Source of the DNA: Piromyces finnis finn
Lineage: Eukaryota > Fungi > Neocallimastigomycota
Length of the DNA: 64,000 nt
NCBI GenBank assembly: GCA_002104945.1
Contig: MCFH01000051.1
Span: 310,001-374,000 of the forward strand
Direction of reading: 5' to 3'
Shown here: piece by piece, positions 30,682 through 41,733 of the stretch
Layout of the letters: every line of letters begins with the position of its first letter
How positions within the stretch are numbered: position 1 is the first letter of the stretch
The notes under the pieces: model-generated
The model's input: only the letters and a program-made list of their open reading frames with translations
Told to the model about the DNA's origin: nothing
Database searches by the model: none
Program-made: the position numbers and the translations under genes

Positions 30682-33672
30682 GTTTCATTTTTAATAGTTT
30701 CTTGGTTATTCTTTTCTACTATAATTTTACTATTACTTATTTTCTCTGTTGATGAAGAATGGTTTAATGTAGATGATGATAGTGGAATAGATTTAGGAAC
30801 TAACATCGAAGAATTAGAAGATATTAAAGTACTATTAGCCTTTGCTGTGTTTACTAAATTATTTTGAGTGGGTAATTTTGATGATTTTTCAGCTTTTGCT
30901 ATAATTGGTGATAATAATGTTATAATTTCCTTATTTCCAACAATATGATGAATATTTGAAGAATTTCCTGATTTTTCTCTTTCTTTTGCTTTTATGATAG
31001 CTTTATAGTTTTGTAAACGTTGATTAATGGGGCTTACATATTGTTTTGTTTGATATTTTAATATTGAGAAAATCTTCTCATTATAGCTACTTATATTATT
31101 TTGACTTTGTTTTGGTATGTTTGGGGTAGACAGGACCATTGATGGTGTCACTTTCAATTTTTTAGTTGGTGTATTAGGTGACATTTTAGGAGAATTAGAT
31201 TTTGAAGATATCTTTTCTTTTTTTGGTGATGGCGTTATTGTTATTTTTGTTGGTGTTTTCACTTTTTCCTTTTCTTGAAGTATATTAGTATTAATACTCT
31301 TTTGTTTTTCATTTATATTGTTTGAAGATAGTATTGTACTAGTTTTATGTTTATCGCTTTTATCATCAATAAAAGAGGATGGAACTAATTTAGGAGTAAT
31401 TTCTCCCTTATCACTTGATACTTGTGCTTTTCTTTCATCATTCATTTTTGTTTGATTTTTTGTTAATTTTATTTTTTTCTTTAATGTTTTAGCTTCCATT
31501 TTTAACTTTCTTTTTCTTTCTTTCTTATTTTTTATATAATCTTCAATATTAATAATTTTTACTTTAGAATTATGATCAATTTTTATCTTTTTAAAAGATC
31601 TTGTTAAATAATTAGAAATATAATCCTTATCGATAATATGTTGATATGGTGGAGATGAACTTAATAATGAATTATCTTCTTTTTTAATTTCTTTATTAGA
31701 ACTATATTGTTCTTCTTTTGCAATATTATTAGTTTTATTATTTAATTTTCCTGAAATAAATGAATGAGTAGATTGACTTGATATTGAAGAACTTTGTCTT
31801 TTTCTCTTTACATTATTATCATGATTAATTTGGCGTTTTTTAATTTTTTTATTTTCAATTGTTGTATCATTAACATCATCATTTTTTGAATTTTTATTAA
31901 AATTAATGTAATTAATATTTTTATTATGCATTGTTGAAATTTCTAAATCATTTTTATTTTTATTTATATTAACATCATTCTCACTCTTTCCATTTTCATT
32001 TATTTTTAATTCTTTTGCTTTTGATAGATTTTCAAAGCCAGAGGTACACTTTGAATTTGTATGACTTTCTTTTTTATTTGGAAATAAGTTATTTAATTTT
32101 GAATAAGAAAAATGTTTATCTATGATTTGATGATCATTAGTATCAGGATAAGTAATATTATTTTGATATATAATTGTTGGTTCTGGATTTTCTAGTTTGC
32201 TATATGATATTATTTGATTTATATTACTATCATTAGGGTTATACTCATTTTGTGAAAAGGAATCATCAAATATATTAAAAATTTCTCTATTAACATTTAA
32301 TGCTTTAAGGTTGGTATTATCATTTGACTTTTCATTAAATTCATTAGTAGAGAAATTATTATTTAGAAGTTGGTAGTTATTATCAAAATTTTGAGATGAT
32401 TGATTTCTTATACCTATATAATTTGATATGTCTGTACGCTTTAATTTTTCATCTGTTTTTATTATTTGATCAACAGGCGTATGTTCAGAATACATTTCAT
32501 AAAATGAAGAATTATTTTGTTGTTTTTGGGTATCTAAAGTAATATCAAAATTTGAAGTTTCAGACTTGTCATTTTCTACAATACCTGAATCTGATTCACG
32601 ATGGCTAAGCAAATTTTCATTATATTGAGGATAAATTAAAGGTATGTTATTGTGAAATATAATAAATGAAGATTTTCTTTCATCCGAACTATCATAATTT
32701 TGTAGTAGGTATGATGATAAAGTTTTTTTACTTGAGAGAAGAAGAATATCTTGGATATTTTTACTATTTTCATTATCATTTTCAATATTGCTAATATAAT
32801 GAATATTATTATTTTTGTAGTCATTTATATATTGGTTATTGTCTTCATTGTTGAAAGCTTTATTATTGTTTTCATTAAATATTAATAATAATGGTAATAT
32901 TAAAAGTAATAATAATATTTATGATATCATTTTATAACACATTATTTTATATAACAAATGAAAAGTATGAAGTAGTTTTTTTTTTTTTTTTTTATTAAAT
33001 TAATTTTTAAAAATGTGATTTTAACATGAACAATAATAAATTTTCATTTAAAAAATTAAAAATGTAAAGTAGAAAATTTTCATATATATATATATTTTAT
33101 ATTATGTTTAAATTTTAGTATATTTCTATTTTTAAATTATAATTTAACAATTATTATGAAATTTTACATACATGAATATACTGATTCAGGTAAATGTAAT
33201 AATGATATTGTAGAAGCGTTTGATTCTTGACTGTCAGTTTTTTGTTTATTATTTGAATTTCCAGTATCTATTTTTCCTTGTATATATTTATTTTCTTTTG
33301 AAATAATTTATTTTATTAATTATTATGAAATTTAGTACATTTTAAATTATATGTTTAAATAATGTTAAAATTATTATTTAAAAATAAGGATGAATTTTTA
33401 ATATTTCCATTTATACTATTTATTTCTGAAGATTTACCATTATTTAAATTAAATGACCCAATTCCAAGTTTACTAAGTCGTTCATTGAAACTGTCACTAA
33501 ATGTTAATTTTGGTGTCACGGAAAAAGAATTATTTTTTTCAATTGCTCCTTTATTATTTTCATTTTTCTTTTTTTTGTTATTCTTTTTTCTTTTTTTCTT
33601 TTCATGTTTAATTTTTGTAGAATTTTTTATTTCAAGTTCTTTACTTTTTAATACTTTTTCATTTTCTTTCAT
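26711..33672 (-). CDS. POLL: Family X DNA polymerase (Pol lambda / fungal Pol IV type) with BRCT domain and very long N-terminal low-complexity extension; multi-exon
   Basis: Exons read between GT-AG introns. BRCT: LFSSIVALIIP..LG|GKII..THII..|VVKSEWVSQCL. Lyase: WRIISYQKAI. HhH: SIIGVGDGIAKK and WG|VGESTAKKWY. Catalytic: MGSFRRGLPTCGDID (exon 27903-28060) and HRRIDLL. Then FTGSDVFN|RSLRLLARRK|GWRLNQRGL and end EPKYRDA* (stop 26711-26713). The start at 33672 is tentative. Confidence 0.88.
27259..27308. repeat. (TAA)n microsatellite in a Pol lambda intron
   Basis: Directly visible run of ~16 units. Confidence 0.9.
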
Positions 33673-33909
33673 ACTATATAATTAACTTACATTTATTGGT
33701 ATAGACCTTTTTTTTATATATAATTTAAATAATTTTTTTAATATTTAAAATTTTATCAAAATTGAATTAAACAAAAATAAATTTAAATTCATATATATAT
33801 ATAAATATTATTTATATTTGTTTTTAAAAGATTTTTTTTAAAAAAACTCTTATTGTAAAAATTCTTTTATTAAACTATTTTTAATTTATTTACATATATA
33901 CTATATTTT

Positions 33910-33963
33910 AAATTCAAAATTCAAAATTCAAAATTCAAAATTCAAAATTCAAAATTCAAAATT

Positions 33964-33994
<31 letters not shown>
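33910..33994. repeat. (AAATTCA)8 followed by a poly(A) run
   Basis: Eight perfect heptamers at 33910-33965, then A-run to 33994. Confidence 0.9.
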
Positions 33995-33999
<5 letters not shown>

Positions 34000-34148
34000 T
34001 ATAAATATAATTAAAAAATTAAATATATTGAAAAAAATTGAAATATTTACTTCCATTGTCACAACAAATTTTAAAATTGTTAAGTAATTTAAAAATTTTT
34101 ATAATTGACCAAAAATTATTATTATTATTTTTTAAATGATGACATGAC

Positions 34149-34186
<38 letters not shown>

Positions 34187-34722
34187 CTATTGTTATTATA
34201 ATTAATTTTATTGTTTGAGGTATAATATTATTTATTATTTTATTGTTTTATAAAATGCATAAAGATTATAATGTTAAAAGAAAAAAGATAAAATAAAAAG
34301 AATATATACAATTATAATTAATTATTGAAATATCAAAGTTATTATTTATATCTTTAATATTCTTTTTAAGAGTTTTTATTTGTTATTATTATCAAATATT
34401 TTTTATATAATTTTTGAAGAGTTTATATTATTTATATTAAGAAGAATATAAGATTTATAAATTAAATTTTCATTCAACTTCTTATATGAATTATGAATTA
34501 TTTATTTGTAAAATAAAAAAAACTTTTATTACAATTTGTGAATATAAAACTTATTAATTAAATAGTATTCCCAACATTTTTTCTATTTATAATTAAGATG
34601 TTTTTTAATCAATTTATTGAAAAGGAAATATAAATAAAAAACATATATACAAATAAAAAATAGAGATTCGTATAACTTTTTTTTTTTTTTAAATAATTAA
34701 TTATAATAATAAAAATATATTT

Positions 34723-35360
34723 ACCTAATATAATAAATTATAAATAAACTAATAATAAATTACTACAACAAAAAAGAAACATATATCAATGAAATTAATA
34801 TGTCTAGCTACATATTAGCCATATCTAAAATAATTTTTATTATTTAAAATATATATTTTTTCACATTTAAAAATTTATATATAATATTTCATAATAATAA
34901 TATAATAATTGATATATATTATAATACATTATGTATATATTAGTTATAGAATTCATGTACATATTTCATTATATTCTTAAATATTAATATTATATATTAG
35001 TATTAATTTTATTGTAATACTTATTTGTATTACATTACTTTTTCCTTATATAGTAATGTTTCATTTAAAATGTAAAATATATAATATTATATCCTATTTA
35101 ATTATTATTCATATATTATGAATACATTACATTATATAATTGATATTCAATTATATTATAGGAATTTTATAATATAAAAATATTCATGTAAAAATAATTA
35201 ATAATTAGAAAGAGAAGAGCTTTAATAATTAATAAGAAAATATTATAAGTGAAATTATTAATAAGAGAGAAGTTAATAGTAATAAAATATTTTCACCTAA
35301 TATAATAAATTATAAATAAACTAATAATAAATTATTACAACAAAAAAGAAACATATATCA
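34723..35360. repeat. 66-bp direct repeat pair (34723-34788 and 35295-35360)
   Basis: ACCTAATATAATAAATTATAAATAAACTAATAATAAATTA(C/T)TACAACAAAAAAGAAACATATATCA; one mismatch. Confidence 0.85.
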
Positions 35361-35690
35361 TAACCAGTATCATCAAATAGGTCATCTGACATCCTTTGAA
35401 ATTTTTTAAATCCTTACTTTATGGTAAATAAAAGAATTAATATATGTCATATGACTAATTATAAAACAGAAAGAGTAACATAATTTTTGCTTTTAAAAAA
35501 CTTTATTTTTATTAATTTCAAAATTTATTATCAATTATTCCTTTTTTTTTAATTAATATATTTTGAATTTTTCCACTATAAACTTTGTATTATTTTTTTA
35601 TTTGCTAAAATTACATTAGAAAAAAAAATAATAATTCATATGACCTTTATAGTGATACTGGTTAAATTTATGTAGAAAGAATTAAACTTT

Positions 35691-36022
35691 AAATAATATA
35701 TATTTTATTAATAACTTTATTTATTACGTTCCAATATTTCTATTCTAACTAAATACTAAAACGTCAATTCTGTCGTTGTCAAATATTAAAATTCTAACTA
35801 AAACAAGAAGCCCTTTTTAATAATATTTATTCTAGTTTATTTATACTAATGAGGCTTACTTAATAATTAATTGTCCAATTATAAGGCTAGAACTATATGG
35901 ATCATTCATTTACATTATTCTTTTACATTACATGATATTACATTTGTCGTACATTTACATTATATTCTTATACATTGTAGAAATAATTAATATTATAATA
36001 AAACTATATAAATTTAATATTA
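35691..36022. repeat. Dispersed ~320-bp repeat, copy A (paralogous to 44254-44560)
   Basis: Shared blocks in the same order: TTATTAATAACTTTATTTATTA, GTTCCAATATTT, CTAAATACTAAAACGT, AATTCTGTCGTT, ATGAGGCT(T/C)ACTTAATAATTAATTG, ATAAGGCT, TTTTACATTACATG, TAGAAATAATTAATATTATAA. Confidence 0.8.
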
Positions 36023-36294
36023 GGAAAAATTACTAATAATAATATGTTCAAGTCACATATTATTTTTATATCAATAGTATTTTAATTTTTTTTTTTAAAT
36101 ATGTAAAAAAGATTATGTAAAAACTATTATATAAAGAACTTTTTTTTCTATAATTTATTAAAACCAAAACGTAAATTATATATTTATATTTGATATATAA
36201 ATATTAATTCCAAAAAAAAAAACTCTAATAATTTATAAAATAGATTTTTTTTTTTTTAAAAAATAAAAAACTAATAAAAAAAAAAAAAGTAAAA

Positions 36295-37844
36295 ATGAAG
36301 ATTTTAATATTCACTGGTTTAATTTTACTTTTTATTAACCTTATTAATGCTGACTACAAGTCACTTGGCATTGATGCTACTGCAAAGCAGGAAATTGAAG
36401 AAAAAATTGCGAAAGAATCTCAACTTCCTGTAATTAATATATCAACTAAAAATAATTCTGAAAAAATAAATTATGAAAGTTATGTTGAAAGTATTGTCGA
36501 TGTGTTTAATGTTGAAGATAAACTTAAATTAAAAGAAAGATCTGAAAGGGTTAAAATAAGAGGCAACTCTACTGGTTACTATGGAATCCCTGAATTAATG
36601 TTAAATAACACTGTTCCATACAAAATTAAATTTGACAAGAAAACTAATTTACTTGGTCTTCATAATGGTGAAAAATTTAAAGAATGGGTTCTTCTTAAAT
36701 CTGAAGATGATGTTATCAAAAATGATATTACTTTTAGAATGGGTAAGGTGATTTTTGGAAAAGACTATTATATTACTGATATTCAATATGTCAAGGTTTA
36801 TGTAAATGATGAATTCAAAGGGATTTACTTACTGAACAAAATGAAGTTGATGAAAGAAAAGTTAATGTAACTCAACCAGAAAAGAATTATAACGGAACCG
36901 ATATTGGTTACTATATTGAAATTGACAATTACTATGATTTAAATCCAGGAAGATATTATATTTATGATTTTGATGGTTTATCGGCCAAAGATATTCGAGG
37001 TGAAGAAAGACAATTTGCTCAAGCTGAATTTGTTTTAAAGAGTGATTTTTATTGTCAAGAACAGTTAGACTTTATTGGAAATTACACTGTAAAAGTTTTC
37101 AATATTATTTATCAAGCTGTTAAAAAAGGGGAATACAAAACTTTTGATGAAAATTATAATCTTGTTAATTCTACTTTTATAAGTGCTGAAGAAACTATTT
37201 CAGCTGTAGTAGATATTGAATCATTTACTAATATGTATCTTCTTTATGAAATTGTTCATGATTATGATGTTGGTGAAGGAAGTTTTTACTTTGCTATCGA
37301 TTTTTCAGAAAATAGTAAAATCAGAAAATTCCAAATGGTTTCTCCATGGGATTTCAATTGGACTTACTTTGATAGTCCAAAAAGATACTGGGCAGCTACT
37401 TTTAGTGAACTTGAATTTGCTAATCGTTTTGGTGATAGATCAAATCCATGGTTTATTTTACTTGGTAAAGAATGGTTCCATTAATTAGTTGCTAAGAAAT
37501 GGGAATCTTATTCTAACTTCATTAAATCTCAAATAATTGAAGAAAAGCAATATATTGATGAAAATAAAGATGATTTTTCATTGGTAGGTGATAAGGTTTT
37601 CGATAATATTGAAGAAGTTAGAAATTGGATTGTTAGAAGATTTGATTGGATGGATGAGGCCTTTGTTTCTGGTAAGAGTGTTATGCTCATTCCAAGTGAA
37701 GAAGAAACCGTTGGTGATGAACCAACTGAAGTTGAAACTACCGAACAAATTAATATTGATTCAGATGATGAAATTGAAGTAACAGCAAGTTATGATGAAG
37801 AAGAAGATTCAACTGATGAATGTAGCTCAGAAGAAGAAAAATAA
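36295..37844 (+). pseudogene. cotH: CotH-family secreted kinase, disrupted by a frameshift (~36830) and an in-frame TAA (37482-37484)
   Basis: Signal peptide, KIRGNST, YKIKF, GIYL(L)TEQNE after frame correction, YYIEID, DYDVG, PWDFNW, NPWF. The three ORF-track pieces join into one colinear CotH sequence with an acidic tail. Confidence 0.88.
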
Positions 37845-39928
37845 AATACAATAAAAGCTAAATGCTAAATAATAATTTAAATTATAAAATGAAAGAAAAA
37901 AAATATAAAATATTAATTTAAAAAAAAAAGGAAAAATAAATAAACGATTATTAAAATTATAAAATCATGAAATATAATTATAAATATTTAGATTTAAATA
38001 ATTTTAATAATATTCTTAGAAATAAAAATAGTTATTTTTTATTCTCAATTATGCATTTTATATTTATTGTTAAAAAAAATAAATTGAAATATAAATAATA
38101 AAAGAAAAAAATTCTATAGTGAATATGAAAAATATTTAAATTCCTTTAATTTATTGAAAAGATTATTATAATCAAATACATATATCACAATTTGATAAAG
38201 ATTAGTCTAATATTGAAAGGATTAAATTTTAAATTAAGAATTTTTATTTTAAACTTTATTAATTATGATTTTAACAATTCTTTTAACAATTCATCTTTGG
38301 AATCATACACAATTACTTGAATGTTGTAACACAAAGAGTTTAAAGTTTTTTATTTATTGATAACTTAATATATTTTTAAAAATATGGAAAATATATTATT
38401 TATTAAATTAATATTAATATTTTTGAACACATGTGAAAGTTAGGATTGAAATCAGTAATTTCACAATATTAATTATTGATTATTTTTAAAAGAAAATAAA
38501 ATGATTTTAAATATGGAAATAAAGTTATTATTGTATAATTTATCATAAGTATAAACAAATAGATAATTTTTAGTAATTTCATGGTAATGTTAGAGAAGAC
38601 AGTTATTTAGTTTTATTTATTAATACTCTCTTCTTGATAATGTTTTATATTATTTATTATAATAAAAATATTGGCTTTTGATTTTTTTTATTGAAATATA
38701 TTTTTTTATTTTAGCTAATCAATTTGCTTCGTTCATTTAGATAAATGTGATTATTATAGATTTAATAAATTGTTTAATATTTAATAATACTTTTATTATG
38801 ATTATGTATAATTATTGTTATTGATAATTATGTTTAACCTTAAAATACATTGAAGTTTTTAAATTTAATTTATTTTTTTTTTAAAATTTTTAAAAATCTG
38901 TCGGATTATTTCTAATAAATTTTAATTTTATTATTAGATTACTTTATTAACTTTAATAAACTTAGAAAAAACTGAATGATAGATGTTAAACTCTATTATA
39001 ATAAATTATTATTATTGATCTAGAAATGATTTATTATTTGAATATAATGAATTGAATATTTTGAAATTGAGTTTTGGATTTTTAATGAAAGATTTAATAA
39101 TGGTAAGCAACTAAACATCAATATATAGTTTTTTGTAATAAAAAATTATTGTTTATTTTATATAATATTTTATAATTATGTAAATTTCCTATTATTTAAT
39201 TTCATAATGAATTTTGAAATTAAAGAGAAAGAAAACCTTTAATAAAGTTGAAATTAGTTAACTAATATAAAAAGTTTATTATTTTTTCAATTTATTATTA
39301 TTAAAATTTAAATTTAATAATATAGATTTGGAAAAAAAAAACTATTTGCGACATTTATAGAATCTCAAAATAAAATAATAAATTATTAAACATTATTTTA
39401 ATATAAAAATAAGAAGTTTTTAGTTGTAATTTTAAAATAGAAAGATTTATCTTTTAATATTATTTGCATATATATATTTAAATAAATATATAAATTTAAC
39501 AGAAAGATTCATTATTGGGTAAAAATTCTTAGAATAGAAAAATAAAGGACTAAATCAAGTTTTGAGTAAAATATTAATGTAAAAATATAATAATAATATT
39601 ATATTTAATATAATTATGTTAGAGTATATTTTCTATAAAACATTCTGATATTGAAATATTTAATGGTATAAAGGAAATTATTATTCACTGTTTATTATAA
39701 AATAATATTTAGAGTCGAAAAATAAACTATGATTAGACAAAAAATTTTAAAAAGTAAATAATTTTTAAAAATTTTAATACTGTTTTTGAAATATAAACAA
39801 TCAAAAATATTTATAAATTATTACTTTTTCTAATACCTAGAAAACAAAAAGCCTTTTTATTTTATTAATAAATTTAAAATTTTAGTAACAACAACAATAA
39901 ACACACTGACAAAGAAAGTTTAAAAAAA

Positions 39929-40810
39929 ATGGCAGCAAAGAGAAGTATTATTAATATATTTTACAATTTCTGTTCCATTTGGATGGCAGTTATTGGTTAT
40001 TGCTTCCTTCTTGTATATGTCATAAATGGTGACGATTTGAAAAAACAAGCTCGTACTAAAAAAGTTTCTGATGCCCTTGATAAAAATGGTGGTGTATATA
40101 TGTTTGGTAAATATTTACCATTTTATGGTATGATTTTAATTGAATGGTTTTTAGGTTTTTGCTTGGAATTGATTTACACCAAAATTGCCTTTAATAAAAT
40201 AATGAAAATTTTCACTTTCAAAAATACCAACAGAATCATTCTTCAAACTGCTATTACTTGCTGTATGGTTGGTATGATGGTTCCAACAATGACTTTATAT
40301 GGTGCTTTCTTCTATTATCCATACAATAACGGATTCAACTTCTTAACTGCTATTGCTAATTGGTTCAAATATATGTTTTATGTATTACCATATGGTTTCT
40401 TTGTCCAACTTTTCATTATTCAACCATTTTTACGTTGCAGTTTCAGAATCTTTGGAACTGATGATGCTGATAAGCAAAAGAACAAGATTACTCCAATTAA
40501 TAACAAGACAGAAGCTGATTTAATTAATTATGCCATGGAAAAAATTGATTACATTAAAAAGAACTTAATCATTGATATTACTAAGCTTAAAACTAACCCA
40601 AATGAAAATGAATTTAAAACTTACAATGATGAATATTATAATTCTACTTACTTCCGTACTGAAGATTATCGTACTTATGTCTACATTGCTAAACAATATA
40701 CTACTATGGAATACAGTCCATATGGTTTCCGTATTATTAACAATATTACTAAGAAAACTCTTGAATATGACACCAATTACAAAGGTGAAAGTGATGCCAA
40801 AAAGGTTTAA
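39929..40810 (+). CDS. DUF2798-like multi-pass membrane protein with a ~110-aa soluble C-terminal extension
   Basis: Intronless with several hydrophobic segments. YVING..GGVYMFGK.LP, TAI.C..VG.M.P.M, YYPY..GF...ANW and QLF.IQP..R..F match my recollection of gut Firmicutes DUF2798 proteins. Confidence 0.7.
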   Translation: MAAKRSIINIFYNFCSIWMAVIGYCFLLVYVINGDDLKKQARTKKVSDALDKNGGVYMFGKYLPFYGMILIEWFLGFCLELIYTKIAFNKIMKIFTFKNTNRIILQTAITCCMVGMMVPTMTLYGAFFYYPYNNGFNFLTAIANWFKYMFYVLPYGFFVQLFIIQPFLRCSFRIFGTDDADKQKNKITPINNKTEADLINYAMEKIDYIKKNLIIDITKLKTNPNENEFKTYNDEYYNSTYFRTEDYRTYVYIAKQYTTMEYSPYGFRIINNITKKTLEYDTNYKGESDAKKV

Positions 40811-41252
40811 TTGGTTTAAATAGAAATCAATTAAAGAAATTAATAATATTAATTTTTTTTTTCATTATTATTATTTAATAATTTATGTGAAATCATTATT
40901 TGTTTTTCCTTCATTTTACTTTTTTCCATTTTTTTTATTATTAGTACAATATTATTATTATTTTATGCAATTTATATTATATTCAATTAAATACAATTAA
41001 ATTTATACGCATATGATTAATGCATAATATATATATATAAATAGTAACAATATATATTCATCATTATAGCCATTATTTATCAATTTTATCAATGTTTTAT
41101 TTATAATATTTTTAAATTTTTATTTGATTTCACAAAAAGAAAAAAAATTATTAATATTTAAATAATTAAAATCTTGTATAAAAGAAATTTTAATAAAAAA
41201 TTGTAATAATTGAATTGTAACTTGTTATTATACAATAAAAGAATAAAGTAAA

Positions 41253-41283
<31 letters not shown>

Positions 41284-41295
41284 AAGCCAATATGC

Positions 41296-41327
<32 letters not shown>

Positions 41328-41733
41328 TTTATTAAAAGAAAAATAATTAAAATAAAAAATAACATATTTTCCAATGAAATTTATTTATATGTAAGGATAT
41401 TAGGATAAATATGGATAAATATAGTTTAAAAATATGAAAATTTTCTATATTTAATTATAAAATTATTTTTTTTTAATTAAATTATTAAGCTATTCAATGG
41501 AAAAAAAAATAACTTTATTCTATTCACTTTTTTAATTGTTAAGATTAAAATGATACCATTTAAAACTATTTGAGAAAAAAATAAATATAAAGTCTTTATT
41601 TCACCAAAAATCATATTAAAATATTCTATTGCTAATAAAATATAAAATATAGTTTTATTTATTATAAAATTATATTTTAATATAAGAATATATCAATTTA
41701 TTCTATTCAAATAATACATAAATAACAATAGTA

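Noticed and set aside
37482-37484. Stop-codon readthrough or recoding in CotH
   Set aside because: It is a TAA and an independent frameshift lies upstream; the other genes in the window use TAA as a stop.
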